In this document: piece after piece, positions 14,341-27,960 of the stretch
Position numbering within the stretch: the stretch's first letter is position 1
Layout of the letters: every line of letters starts with the position of its first letter
NCBI GenBank assembly: GCA_013239625.1
Contig: MU053881.1
Location: forward strand, 13,692,373 to 13,756,372
Direction of reading: 5' to 3'
DNA from: Lama guanicoe
Lineage: Eukaryota
DNA length: 64,000 nt
The notes under the pieces: generated by a model
Told to the model about the DNA's origin: nothing
Database searches by the model: none
What the model saw: only the letters and a program-made list of their open reading frames with translations
Position numbers and translations under genes: made by a program

Positions 14341-15810
14341 TTTCTTTTTCTGCAGCTTTGTAGAGATCTAACTGACATATAGCATTGTATTAGTTTAAGG
14401 TATAAAACAATGATTTGGTATATGGATATGTTACAAAACAAGTTCCATAATAAATTTAGTTAACATCCATCACCCCTCATAGTTACAAATATTTTGTGTA
14501 ATGAGAACTTTTAAGATCTACTCTCTTAGCAACTATCAAGTATACAATACAATATTGTTAACTGTAGTCACCATGCTGTACGGTACCTCGCCAGAACTTA
14601 CTCATCTTATAACTGGAAGTTTGTGCCTTTTGGTCCCCTTAACCCATTTTCCCCCACCACCTACTTCTCATTTCTAGCAACAACCAGTCTGTTCTCTGTT
14701 TCTGTGAGTTCAGTTTTTTTTAGATTCTTCATATATGTGAGATAATGCAGTGTTGGTCTTTTTCTATCTGACTCATTTCATTTAGTATAATGTCCTCAAG
14801 GTCCATCTATGGTGTCACAAATGGCATGGTTTCCTTTTTATGGCTGAATAATATTCCATTGTGTATATATACTACATTTTCTGTATCCATTCATTAATCA
14901 GTGAGCATGTAGGCAACTTTCCTATCTTGTCTATTGTAAATAATGCTGCTATATACATAGGGGTGTGGCTATCTCTTCAAAATAATAATGTCATTTCCTG
15001 GATATAGATATAGATATATAGGTATCTCCATCCAGAAGTGGAATTTCTGGGTCATATGGTAGTTCTATCTTTAATTTTTTGAGGGCCCTCCATGCTGTTT
15101 TCCATTGTGGCTGCAGTCATTTACATTCCTACAAACAGTGCACAAAGGTTCCGTTTTCACCACGTCCTTACCAACACTTACTATCTCTTGCCTTTTTGAT
15201 GACAGCCATTCTAACTCGCGGTTTTGATTTGTATTTTCCTCATAATCAGTGATGTTGGGCATCTTTCCGTGTACCTCCTGGCCATTTGTATGTCTTCTTT
15301 GGAAAAATGTCTATTCAGGTCCTCTGTCATTTTTTTTAACATTTTTTATTGATTCATAATCATTTTACAGTGTTGTGTCAAATTCCAGTGTTCAGCACAA
15401 TTTTTCAGTCATTCATGGACATATACACACTCATTGTCACATTTTTTTCTCTGTGAGTTATCATAACATTTTGTGTATATTTCCCTGTGCTATACAGTGT
15501 AATCTCGTTTATCTATTCTACAATTTTGAAACCCCAGTCTATCCCTTCCCACCCTCTACCCCGCCCCCCACCCCGGTAACCACAAGTCTGTATTCTCTGT
15601 CATATTTAATCATGTTGTTTCTTTGTTATTGAGTTGTGTGAGTTCTTTATGTATGTTGGATATTAACTTCTTACCAGATACATGATTTGCAAATATTTTC
15701 TCCCACTCCGTGATTGTCTTTTCATTTTGTTGATGGTTTCCTTTGCTACACAGAGTGTTTTTTTCTTTATAGTTGGATGTTATCCCACCTATTTATTTAT
15801 TTATTTTTTT
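14341..15810 (-). mobile_element. Older L1 (L1MA9/10-like) 3' UTR and ORF2 end, interrupted by a younger L1
   Basis: gagaacttttaagatctactctcttagcaact, ccagaacttactcatcttataactggaagtttg, aatattccattgtgtatatatactacatttt, gtatgtcttctttggaaaaatgtctattcaggtcc; decayed ORF2 peptide in ORF 15071..15262. Confidence 0.92.
15331..15594 (-). mobile_element. Young 5'-truncated L1 3' UTR nested in the older L1; same subfamily as the L1 at 60357-64000
   Basis: Near-identical to 60375-60630 (ttcataatcattttacagtgttgtgtcaaattccagtgttcagcacaattttt...); flanked by direct repeat ctctgtcat (15322-15330, 15595-15603). Confidence 0.92.
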
Positions 15811-17924
15811 ACTGTCTAATTTCTAATGACTTCTAGATAAATTTAATTCCTGAATGTCAAAGACTGCAGCTTCCACTCTCCTCTTCTCTCTCTGTTTCTG
15901 TCTTTCAGAGACAGACAGAGAAAGAGACAAAGAGAATCTCATTTTCCCCCGTCATAAATTCTGTTTTTATTATATGATATGATATTTAAATGATCAGACT
16001 AAGTCATTCGTTCTTTCCAGTTTAAAGGAAAAGTTCAATTCTGTCTTGTATAAATTTTATCTTTACAAAATGCGTGTATGAGAAATCTGCAGTATATATG
16101 CATACTTTAATGTATATTCTTAGCTATGTGGTCTAAAACTAGAAATCTATTTAAATATTATTTTTAGAGAAAAGCATTGCTCTTAAAACTCCTTAATTGA
16201 GAGCAATCCAGTGGTATGTCAGCAGGACCTGCCATTTCCTCTGCGGGAAACCTATTTTGCAGCGTAGCTTTGGGCATGCGGATCTGTTCCAGTCACGTAA
16301 GAGAAACCGGGAACTTTATCAGAATGTCTGAGGCAAGTCGTTCGAACAATAAAACCTAAAGAACTGTGAAGGCAGGCATCCCCATAGTTAGACGTTGCCA
16401 AATGTAGACCTGCAGGTCTGTTGGGACCTATGGGCATTGCTTAATTTACAACCCTTTTAATCGGGTCGATCTCTAGCTTCTCTTTTTTAAGAAAAACAAG
16501 GTCTGTGGACCCTGATTCTGTCATAAATATAAAAATTGGTATACACAATACTACATTATACTTACAAACACATTTCTAAATGTGAAAAGTGTACCTCAGG
16601 CAGAGATGAGACAAACAGTAGCCTATTGACGTGGAAAATTGAAGGGCAGAATGAATTAAAATAAACCTCACTCTTTCCACTTGATCCCTAATAGGTTCTG
16701 CAAGTCCTCCATCAGGATATCTCTTAGCTTCTTCTCTTGTTCAACCCCACAGATACTTCTCCAGTCTAATGCCTTTGTCATGTCTTCTTTGGACCACAGT
16801 AGCTTCTTACCCTGGCACTGAAAAATGAAGTGCCCACCACCTCCTGCCCACCACAAACCAGGTAGGATATTTGAGTAAGTCAGTCAGACCATGTTGGAAG
16901 AGTACACAGCAGGCATACAGGCAGCCTCAACTCCACTCCAGATTATTATCAGATAGATTTTTTCCCAAGAGAAGTTAGAAGTCTCTTAGTATTTATGTGT
17001 TAGCAGTAAGCAATGTCTGCAAGGCAAGCCCGACCTGAGGTTCATGGTTGGCATCTGGTGACCCCACAGCTCCCTGCTTTGAGGTTTTTCTATCTTCCAT
17101 TGTAATCTCTGAAACTTGACAATATAAATCTTTCTACAATCATGCCTTCCATTATACTTTGCTGTTCAAGAACTTAAGATGGATTTCATGGCTTCCGATA
17201 TCAAATCAGAACTGCTGTTCCAGAACTCAAGATCTAAGTATACAATTTTGATTTTAAAAAATGTTTCCAATGAGTGACGGAGAACTCATTGAAGGCTGTC
17301 AGACAGGAAGGTGATACGGTCATTATTGCATTTAGGTAACTCACGTATGAGCTGTCGGGGCTGGCTTTTGGAAACAGGTTATGATACAGGATTGAGAACT
17401 AACTTTATAGTTAGTCCCAGTTTAGGAAAGAAAAAAACTGAACTGATGGGTTGGGAAGTTCAGGATGAGTAGGAAGTCTGTAATCATTAGAAAAGGATCA
17501 ATGAAATTTAGGAAACAAGAGCAGTTCAGGTGGCAGAAGTCTCAGTAATGGGAAAGGGCTTGGGACACGATGGCGCCAACTGCTTCCTCTGCGATCTGGC
17601 GATGGATTCATTTAAAAGACAGCTCATTTTACTTCCTGTGTGTAAGACATTGTGACATCAATGCTTTTCTGCTTCACGTGCATTTTCTCATTGAGTATTT
17701 GCAGTAGCGTTGTGAGTTGGGACAAGCTCTGTGGGAAAGGGGTGTCTAAGAGAGGCTGTGTCTTGTCTAAAGCCACAGGCTTGAGCAGTACTTGAATCTG
17801 AAGGAATACAGTTGTTCCCCAAATCCTCGTCTAGTAAAAATTTTACTTCACCAGTTCTGCAAAGGCAGATACTATGGGCACCGTACATATTTGCCACATT
17901 TGTCATTCTTTGTCTGTTTTCTAT

Positions 17925-18308
17925 ATTCCTTTTCATATTCTTTTTCATTATAGGCCATTACAGGATATTGAATACAATTCCCTGTGCTATACAACAGGAC
18001 CTTGTTGTTTATCTATTTTATATATAGTAGTTCGTATCTGCAAATTCTGAACTCCCAATTTATCCCTTCCTACCCAGTTTCCCTCTGTGGTAACCATAAA
18101 TTTGTTTTCTATTCTGTGAGTCTGTTTCTGTTTTGTAAATAAGTTCATTTGTGTCTTTTTTTTTTTTTTTTTAGATTCCACAGTAAGTGATATCATGTGG
18201 TATTTTTCTTTCTCTTTCTGGCGTACTTCACTTAGTATGCCAATCTCCAGGTCCATCCATGTTGCTGCAAATGGCATTATTTTATTCTTTTTTTTGTGGC
18301 TGAGTAGT
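17925..18308 (-). mobile_element. 5'-truncated L1 3' end
   Basis: ORF 17987..18277 begins [31 protein letters not shown] (ORF2 C-terminus), followed by L1 3' UTR. Confidence 0.93.
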
Positions 18309-19084
18309 AAATATTTGTCTTTAATTGAGAGAGCTCTAATTTTCCTCTTTCCAAATATTTTTTCCTCTGTACTTTATCTTTTATATATTTTAGGAGATGG
18401 AAATGAGTTGGGGGGGAGTGCTGTGCGTGTGAGAATTGGATCATAAACAGGATATTTGTGTGAAGTGAGGTCATAAAGTTAAAGCACAGTTTTGAGGGTG
18501 GGGGAACTGAGACTTGTGCATAACAGACAATAGATTTGGGATTTCTACGTTAGGTATCTGTGTACCATGAACTGCATCTCTGCTGAGTGGCCTTACTAAA
18601 GACAGACTATGAAGTTTCATTCCAGATGAATCTCGAAAATTTCTCATTAAAATGCTTCCTTATCTTTGAAAGAGACATTTAATGCTGTGACATTCTGTTC
18701 CCTATTTCTTGGTGTTAATGTTGTGAAGCTAAACTTGGTCTTAGGATATATATGTGGTTCCCACTGAACTTTGAAACAAGTTGTAACATTTTCTGGTACT
18801 CAAAGTGACATTTCCTGGGATGTTTTGAAGATAAGGAAAATTAGGCTTTAAATAATGCAACTGAGAAAGACACAATCTATAATAAATGCCTATGTGCATA
18901 TTAATTGTGCTGTTAGTAGGAAATTGGTGGGGGGGTTGAGTTAAATGTAACAAACAAATTGCAAGACACAAGTTGGAGTGGACTGGGAAAGAAGTCATTG
19001 CTTTTGGAGAAAAAAATTGCTAACTCATAATATTTTGGCAATCACAAAATATGTGATTGGTTATCTTTACCATTTTATTTGGAT

Positions 19085-19202
19085 TTTCAATAACAACAAA
19101 AATAATAATGTCTAACAACGATTGAGCTTTTAATCTGTGCCTGGCCTCATACTCGGCATTTTCATATGGGTTATCTCATTAGGTCTTCCCAGCAATCCCA
19201 TG
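19085..19202 (-). mobile_element. MIR fragment
   Basis: taacaacgattgagcttttaatctgtgcctggc...ttatctcattaggtcttcccagcaatcccatg. Confidence 0.6.
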
Positions 19203-20462
19203 TGTCTGAATTCAATAGCATTTTAACGTATTTCTAAAATTGTATACAGAAAATTTCTCTCATGTTTACAATATGAAAGAATTTATAAAAATGCTAAATT
19301 ATGAGGTAAAGAAATTCTAAGAATGGAGAACCGAGTATGGAATATTGATATCAAGAGTTTCCTATTTAGGAACTTGAAAGATTAATAAAGTAGAAAATGT
19401 GTTTCTTATTTCTCACAGATTTTTTTTTCCTTATGGGTAGAATATGTCTTAGAGTAATATCTGAATTTCTAAAAGGGTAATTTCTCTTCAAACAGTATTT
19501 TGCTAATCTTTACCAACAACAGAGTGGTTAACGACCAGTTCATCCTAGTCACCGTGCCCTGATTTTTCTATTAAAAATGGAGCGCCGTTCATTCATTCAT
19601 GTATGCACGCATACATCCTTTCAGTTCAGGACTAATTGAGCACTTAACGTGTGCTCAGTGGGACAATGGTGAATGTTATTCTGCTCTCAAGGTACCCAGA
19701 TGACTGGCATTTGGAGAGAGATTTTTTCTTTGCTTAAATTAGATCTCTGCTGATTCTGTGCAGATAATGTCAAATGATTGGTTCTAAATTTATAGTCCTT
19801 TGTGCACATTGACTTGAATGAGATTCAAGTATCTAAATGTGGAGAACAATCACTTGCCTCTTTCATAGCTAGGAGCAGTGGCAACATAGAAACCCTCAGA
19901 TGATGGAGAGATAATAGATATTCTTTGGTCACTGCTTCATCAGCAGCGTTCTGCCTTGGAGCTAGCGGTGCCAGCCATGCTTTTCATTTTAGATGCAGTT
20001 TTGAAAGAGATTCCCTTTCTATGACTGTCATTTCCTTTCGAAATGGTTTTTTGTATTCTTTAGAATCTAGGTTACTTTTTATAACATTGAATCTCTGGGG
20101 AATTGGGCAGAACAAAATGCTCGCTGACATAAAAGTGCCAACTTAGCTAACTTTACAGAACTCATCCTGGATGGCTTGAGAACTTTTAACGCCAGCCCAC
20201 TGGACACCTGATGTGCCTCATACTTGCCAGGTGCGGGCAAAAAGCCCACCGAAGCCTGACTCCAGCCCTAAGAAATGTCCCGAGTGTCAGATTCCAGAGA
20301 CAGAAAGAAGAGGCATTCACAAATCCCACTTTGCAACAAGAATAAAGATGAAATGACATCATTAATTCTCAATGTCTTCATGACACTGTGATCTCAGAGG
20401 CTCATGTGCATCCGACTTGAACAGGCAGTTCATAGGAAAAGCTCCAAAGCATGGTGAATTTA

Positions 20463-20492
20463 AAAACAAACAAACAAACAAACAAACAAAAA
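20463..20492. repeat. (AAAC)n microsatellite
   Basis: aaaacaaacaaacaaacaaacaaacaaaaa. Confidence 0.95.
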
Positions 20493-20494
20493 AT

Positions 20495-20645
20495 GCTTTA
20501 GAGATAGCCTGGCAAAGGATAGAATCCTGGCTCTGTTGATTGGAGCAAATATCTTAACCTCTCTGTACTTCTAATTCTTCATCTGTAAAACTGTGATAAT
20601 ATTATTTTTCCAATAGGTTATTTAATGTATGTAAAAATGCCTGAT
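20495..20645 (+). mobile_element. MIR fragment
   Basis: gaatcctggctctg...cttaacctctctgtacttc...ttcttcatctgtaaaactg.gataat. Confidence 0.65.
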
Positions 20646-20676
20646 TATTTAAAAGTGCCTCTAGGTTACTAAGACA

Positions 20677-20698
20677 TGGTGGTGGTGGTGGTGGTGGT
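20677..20698. repeat. (TGG)n microsatellite
   Basis: tggtggtggtggtggtggtggt. Confidence 0.95.
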
Positions 20699-22771
20699 AG
20701 CAGAGGTGGAGTGTACCTAATGAGGTCATATGATGTGTATTATGCGTGAGTCAGACATACAACACTAGTGTATTAAAAAGTACGTCAGAAAATAAGGCAC
20801 ACGGGCATGAAGTAATTATCGAACCAATTGAAGTACTTTATAAAAATGCCAAATTTTATTTTCAAGTTATTTAGGAGAGGAGGCTTGGGCTAGAGACGTC
20901 AAGTCTTCCTGTACGAATGTATGTAATCTGAGCCTCAGAAACTTGATATGCGAGAACAAACGTTTGTTGACTCTGACACTTTTTTCCATATGAGTGGAAT
21001 ACATTTCAGAGCCAGGCAGAGCGAGGACATGAACCGAGGCTGTCTGGTGCTACGTCTGCGCTCCAGAGCACACGTTTGTACTTCCTACTGACTCTGCTTA
21101 CCAGGGAGTTTCCTTTCAGCTATTGCTCTGAGCCTCTCTTAGTATCAGTGGTTTAATATGTCTAAACCCTTCTTCATCTGAAAAAGTATACATTTGTGAG
21201 AATGACTACAGACCTGAAAAAAATCTATGGGAGTACCATTAGATTGTGAAAGCATCTTCTAATAAAGCCCAGAAAAGCTTTCTTGATCAAGGCATTTAAA
21301 AAAAAAAAATTACTGAATGGATCTTTGGAGCAAGTCACTTTATCCTGTAGTATAATATAAATATAAATATAAATATAAATTATAGAAATAAATATAGATA
21401 CAATAGTTTCAAATGAATTGGTAAGAAATCTGCCTTATTGTATGTAATAATTTTAGTGACTACAATAGTGCTTCTTATAGATTTACTACACATTTACTAT
21501 CAATCTTGAGAACTGTATTAAAAGAAGAAATGCTTTAAAAACTAAATTATTAGAATTTTTTTTCTTTAGGGTAAGAAGATAAGGGCTTTATTATCAGTCA
21601 GCTAGCGGGATCTAACTTACATATTTGAGGCAAAGCTGTGTTAAGAATTATTTTTCTATTTCTCTCTTAAGGCATTCTGCAAGTGTGTGTGTGGGGGGTA
21701 TGTATACATATACATATTGTGAAGTATAAATTGTGAAATGGGTAGATAGAATACATTTTAAGATCCCCTTATAGTCAAATGTTATATTTATATGATCATT
21801 CTAGTTGTACACATTCTGGATTGTCACCATTTTGAAATTCAGCAAAGAGAATTCAGAACCATACATTCTGTTTTATCAAGTACCTATTAGGTACCACGCA
21901 TTCTTCCAGGCAATTGGGATAATATGGTGAACAAAACAGAGAGGGAGGTAAACCAAAATCTATGTGAACTTAGTTTTCCTATTTATTTACCTGTGTTTAG
22001 ATTATTTAACACATAAACTTTGAGGAAAGCCTTACAGATAATTAAAAATACAATTACTAAATAATTCAACTATGTATATACACACAGTATTTTCCTATGT
22101 AGATTTATATATATGTATATAATCATTAAAAATCATGTTTTTGTAGATTTCCCACTCAGTATACATACATGTAAATTAAGGTAGTATGGATGGTAGAACA
22201 AATAATATAACAAGATAAATGTTATTCCAAGACTACACACATACAAAATAAATGTTTAACGCGTTATATATATTTCTAAACGTTATTTTTATCGCTTGAG
22301 TAATCTGAGTAAACTGTGAAGCTGAGAAAAGTGAGTTTTACTCAAGCAGTAGATTTTCCTCCTTCGACTTATTAAAGTTATAAACAAAGTCATAAAGTTG
22401 TAATCGAAAGTTATCCTTCGATTCCACTTGTTTTAGAATCTTCTTTGGTTGGAATTGCCTAATGGCAGTAGCAGAACTAGCCTCTTCAGTTATTCAGAAA
22501 ACCCAGCAGCTGTCTCTGTTTCTAGGAACCTAACATTTCCTAATATTCCACTGTGTCTTATCTGTATGCTTCCTATATAAAGAAAGAAGGGTTCCATTAT
22601 GACTTAAATGCTTCATATGCTGCAGAAACACCACGAGGTAACTACAAAATAAATAAAATGAAAACGAACAAGTCAGCAAACAAGCCGTGGACTGGAGCTT
22701 AAATTCCAGCTTTGTTCTCTACTAGTGCTATGTCCAAGGATAAGAAAGCCAAATTCTGCTCATGTTAGGCT

Positions 22772-22907
22772 GGGAGGGTGTAGCTTAGGTGGTAGAGTAC
22801 ATGCTTAGCAGGCATGAGGTCCTGGGTTCAGTTCCCAGTACCTCCTCTAAAAATAAGTAGCTAAGTAGACATAATTACCTCCTTTCCTTCCAAGAAAAAG
22901 AAAAATA
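22772..22907 (+). mobile_element. tRNA-Ala-derived SINE, Vic-1-like (camelid)
   Basis: gggagggtgtagcttaggtggtagag...atgcttagca...gaggtcctgggttcagttcccagtacctcc head with A/B-box-like motifs, followed by an AT-rich body, taattacctcc motif and A-rich tail. Confidence 0.85.
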
Positions 22908-22929
22908 ATTCTGTTTGTGTTGCTTTTCT

Positions 22930-24330
22930 CTTATTTTTTACAGTGGAAAATTTCAAACATATATAGAACCAGAGATGGTAGTATAATGAACTCTCATGTA
23001 CTCACTCCCCAGCTTTCAACAGTGTTATTTAATCTCTATGCTTATCCTGGACCAAATCTCAGAGATCGCATAATTGTATCAATGAGTGTTCCTGTTGTAA
23101 CACCAAAAGATAAGGACTATTTTCTAAACATAAATAAGTATCATTATTACACTCAACAGTTTACAGTAATTTCTTAGTATCATCAAAAATTCAGCGTTCA
23201 AATATATTCATCTCTTTTTTCAACAATTTGTTCAAACCAAGATCCAAATGTTATCCATACAAGGTAATCAATTCTGTCCCTTAACTGATTTTTAATCTAT
23301 AATTTATTGCCTCCCTTTTTTCTGATAATTTTTATGTTGAAAAAACTGAGTCACATCCTCCTTTAGAGCGTTGCACAATCTGAAAGATTTCTGATTTCAT
23401 TATTGTGTTATCTTTTAACATGTTCTTATCTCTTATTCTTTCTGTTTCCTGTAGTTGTCTTTTAAATTAGATCTAAAGGCTTAATTAGATCCAATTGATT
23501 GGTTTTGTTTGTTTGTTTGTTTGTTTTGGCAGAATACTTGATAGTGAGAATTGCCTTTGCATCAGGAAATATATAACATTTGATTGACTCTTTTTTTGAT
23601 AGCCACCTAGATTTTTAAAACTTGCAGAATGGTCATATTTTTATTCCATTGTTCTATCTTAATTAAGTAGCTGGAGTATTCCTAGAGAAAAACAGTCCTC
23701 TTCTATCAACTATTTGATTATCTCGAGAATAGGAAAAGCAGAATAAATGCCTGATTCTTCCTCTTTTTTTACCAGTTTTCAAAATAGTGAGTCGGCTTCC
23801 TCCAGTGATGCCCATTGAACGGCCTCTGTGTGAATGTGTGTGCATGTTAACAACTCGTGGATTTAGACATATCAGAGGTATTTCGATCCATTGCAGAAGC
23901 TGTCTTTGCTGATGTTCAGATCATCTCCTTATTTTTGCCAGTAGGAACCTGTTGAAGTTGAAACCTGAGCCTTTTTGATATACCCTGGCTTCCTTCCTTC
24001 CTTTCTAATATAAGACAGTCTAGGTTCATCTTGTACATTTCCTTCTCCAGACGGGGAATCAGCCATTTCCCTGAATAGCCGTAGTTGTTTTTCATGGGGA
24101 ATTATAATTAGAGACTACAATCTAGGCAACACAGGTGCTCATTGCTACAGGGTGGGTCACCTCTGAGGCCTTTCCAGGGCCCAGATCCAGAACATGCATA
24201 TTCTTTTTAAAATATTTTTAAAAATAAAATACGTCACGAATTCTTACAAATTTACTTATCCTGTTGTTCTTTGCTGTGTAGCTCCTTTCTGCCATAATGA
24301 AAAGCCCTGCTGTCAATGTTTCTAATAGTT
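22930..24330 (-). mobile_element. Old L1 (L1MC-like) 3' UTR
   Basis: ggaaaatttcaaacatatatagaa...tagtataatgaactctcatgtactcac.ccccagct; ttcatcttgtacatttcc.tctccagac..ggaatcagccatttcc; tagagactacaatctaggc...gtgctcattgctac. Confidence 0.7.
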
Positions 24331-24588
24331 TATAAACCAAACTGGGGATAGAAATAACTCATTCATACGATTATTTTGAATATTAAGAAGTAATTTAAAG
24401 CATTCATGGCATTTGACATGTAGCAAAGTTTCTGTAAACAGACTGTTGTTATCATTTATCATTATCATCATCATCTTTAATATTCTAGTAAAGATCTATC
24501 TTCTTACCACCATCATGCCCTATGAGAAACCCTGTGTCTTCAGAAACTGTGTGTGCATGTGTGTGCGTGTGCGTGTGTATGTGTAAGA

Positions 24589-24945
24589 TGTGCCTGAGTC
24601 CTTTCAGCTGCTGTAACAGGGTACTATACACAGTGTGGCTTGTAAACAACACACATTTATTTCTTGTGGTTCTGGAGACTGGGCATCCAAGTTGGGGGCG
24701 CCCTCAGTTTCAGTGTCTGGTGAGAACCCACTTCCTGGCTCAGAGATGGCCGTCTTCTCGCTATGTCCCCCATGGTAGAAGGGGTGAGAGAGCTCTCTGG
24801 GTTCTCTTATAAAGGCACTCATCCATTCATAAGGGCTTCACCTTCATGACCTGATCAGCTCCCAAAGGCCCCATCTCCCAATCCCGTCACACTAGGGACT
24901 GAGTCTCGGCATACGAATTTGGGGAGGCTCAAACATCCATGCACC
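24589..24945 (-). mobile_element. MaLR solo LTR, MLT1A-like
   Basis: gctgctgtaaca...gtggcttgtaaacaacacacatttatttct..tggttctggag.ctggg...gtgtctggtgagaaccc.cttcctgg...tataaaggcact.atcc.ttcat.agggct.caccttcatgacct...cccaaaggcccc. Confidence 0.85.
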
Positions 24946-25399
24946 TTGTGCTCTTGAAAAGGTATTTCATTTCAAACTTAGCTACAGTGCTTTTAAAAAT
25001 AATGAAGCAAATCTCAGGCTTACAGAAGTTTATCAGTGTTGTTATGCAGAGGTCCTAAAACTGTACATTATATTTTCAGCACTGCGTAATAGTGGAGGAC
25101 CGGGAAGATGACGAAGGTCAAGCAAAATAAATATTTCAAAAATCGTCTTTTTTGAGCTTTGAATACATAGGCGGTTTTCTAGTACATCTAACTGGTGAAT
25201 CCTTAGCAGTCTTGGATTGTCTTCTTAGATGGGCTAAGATGAATTAGTGGGTTTTCCCCCCTTCCAATGCAAAAAAAGGCCAGCAACACATAATGGCGCC
25301 CTAGATTTTTATTATTAAAACATCAAAATAAAAAATTGCCACCCACAGATTTCCCAGGAGGCCAAACTCTTTCCGTATAATTCTATATTCTGTTCAAGG

Positions 25400-27450
25400 C
25401 TTTTTGGCCACAAATTTAAAAAGCTCACTTAAACTGTCTCAGATAAGGGATACTGACTGGTCTACCTTTAAATTCATGACCATAAACTTCAAATAAGACT
25501 AATGCTCCTGGATTGTATCTGCCTGGTCCATTCATCTCCCCTTTCTCCTTCTTCCCTTCTCCACCTCTTGTTACATTCTTAACACCTCCTCCCTCATTAC
25601 CACTCTCATCTGAAGACCTGACATCCCACTTCTCTAGGACAGCTGAATCATCATGGGAGAACTTAGAATACGCACGCCTACCCGCACACCTCCCCAGCCA
25701 CCCGCCTCCCCACCCACACACCTGCCGCACCCCTGCTGTTAGCATGCTTCCCTCTAAATATAATCCCTTCTTCTTGCCCACTCAAGGGGATGACTCCAGC
25801 AATGTGTGCTCTCTCTCCTCCATCATCCATTTTGAGTTCTCTGCTGATTACTCCCGTCAATGTGACAAGCATGCCATTATTATTTCTTCCAACTAACAAC
25901 AACAACAAAAAAAAACCTTTTTTCTACACAATCAATGAACCCTGCTGTCTACCATGCCACTTCTTTTTTTTCCCCTTTTGTGGCAAAATTCCTTTAGTCA
26001 CCTGTTCTCTCACTGTATCATAAAACCATTCCAGTCTGCCTTTTCCTTGCGCCACGCCACCCAAACTGCATTTGCCATGGTTGACAGTGACCGCGGATAA
26101 CTCAAATGGGCTGTTCTCACTTCTCGTTGGGCGCAGCCTGTGACGTACGGCAGGATCACTTGACACGACTGATTACCCCCTTCTCAATGCATTCTCCCTC
26201 CTTGATTTCACTGACTCCCCCTAGATTTCCTTCTTACCTTACTGCTAATTCTTTCTCAGGCTCCTTTGCAGCGTCTTTCTCTTCAGCCTGAATTCTTCAT
26301 GCAAGAACACACGAGGGCTCAGTTCTGGGGTTTCTTCCCAATCTGCATTCACCTCTCTAGGCTGTCTCATAAAGTTTCATGGCTTTACATGTCATCAATA
26401 TGCTGATTGCTCCCAAATATTTATCTCCAACCCCGTCTTCTCTCCAAAACATCAGACTGTATGCATACAATTGTATGTCCAAAAGTGAATTCCTTATCTT
26501 CTCTTCAAAATCTGTACTGTGTGCGGCCTTTCCCACCTTTTAATGCCAACGCCATCCTTCCATTTGCTTAGGGTAGAAGCTTGGGTGTAATTGTCAACGT
26601 TCTTTCTTTCACATCCTACATGGAATCCTTTTTATGGCTGAGATGTCAAAATATTTCTAAAATTCCATCATTTCTCACCACCTCTTTTGTGTCCACTGTG
26701 CTGTAAGGTAACGTTACCGCTTACTTGGCTTGCCCAAGACTTGTCTAACTGGTTTCCCTTCTTTAAACTTTCCAACCCCCATATAGATCATTCTCAACAT
26801 AAAAGTTCGAATAATCTCTTAATACACGTGCCAGATCTTGTCATTTCTTTGCTCAAAGCCTCACTTAAAGTAGAAACCAAATTCTAAACAACAGCCTCCA
26901 TGATTCCATATGATAGGCCCCCCTTCCCCGGCTCCTTTCTCACCGCATCTTTTCTTCACGCACCTTCCTCATTCTGTTCCAGCCACGCTGGGTTTCTCAT
27001 TGTCCTTCCAATGCGCCGGGCGTCATCCCAGCGTTGGGCCTTTGTGCCATCTGCTCTCTCTACTCGAAATGCGCTTCCACAGAGCGGCTCATGGCTAAGC
27101 CCTGCATCAGAGCCGAGTCTTTGTTCATATGCCAGCTTTCCAGTGAGGCCGACACTAACCACCCTATTTAAAACTGCATCCTCAGTGCCTTTCCAAGACT
27201 CCACGTACTTCTCACCTTCCTCTACTTTCTTTATTTGTCCACGGCACATATAAATCATGTTACTTTCTAACCAAGTACAGAATTCGTCGTTTGTTTTGCC
27301 TACTGTTTACTGTCTATCTCCCCTGCTAGAATTTATTCTCATTGAGGGCAGGTGTATTTTTTTTATCTTTTTTTTTTAAACCAACGTGCCATAAATGCTG
27401 AGAACCATTCCTGCACAGAGGAAGCATTCACTACATATACATTGAATGAG
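25400..27450 (+). mobile_element. L2 LINE, about 2 kb, degraded
   Basis: Pyrimidine-rich L2 ORF2-like body (tttaaattcatgacc, tcaaatgg.c.gttctca, atgctgattgctcccaaat.tttatctcca.ccc, atgtccaaaa.tgaattcc) ending at an L2-like tail (cattcact.catatacattgaatga). Confidence 0.8.
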
Positions 27451-27459
27451 GGCACAACA

Positions 27460-27960
27460 AGCAGTCCCAGAGACATCCCCAAGAAGGATGTCTAAGATTA
27501 TTTCAGAATATCCAGGATTCCAAGGATGGCCGGGATTCTTTGGGAACTGGGACCAAAGTACCTGTCTGTCCACGTCTCTCTCTGCCTCGCTTTCATTTTC
27601 TCAGGTGTCCCATGTACCTTCTCCCATAGTATCTGTGCACCATTGTTCTGTCTCTGCATATTGACTCCTTCTGTTTTCTTATAGCCAGTTACGGTCTCTT
27701 TGTTTCTGTTCTCCCATCCCTTTCCAAAGCATGACCTTTTCATATCCCACTGGTAAATATACTGACTCAGCCACTCAATATTTGGATTTCAGATTCTTAG
27801 CAAAGGAATATGATTGATCCAACAAAGACATCCATCCAAGTATTGCTGGCCGTGGCTGAGACGGGGGTACAGTTCATGTTCAGTGGGGGCTGCGGAAGGC
27901 AGCAGTTCCCACTGAGGTAGGCTTTTGGGTGGGCAGAGAACCCTATATGTATCCACTGGA
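27460..27960. mobile_element. Probable old MaLR LTR (MLT1J/K-like) relic
   Basis: tctctctctgcctcgctttcattttctcagg and tcagattcttagcaaaggaatatgattgatcca motifs; highly diverged. Confidence 0.35.

Noticed and set aside
22772..22845. tRNA-Ala gene (also 40700-40768)
   Set aside because: Stems are disrupted, and the head runs into a SINE body and A-rich tail with TSD-like flanks; these are SINE copies.
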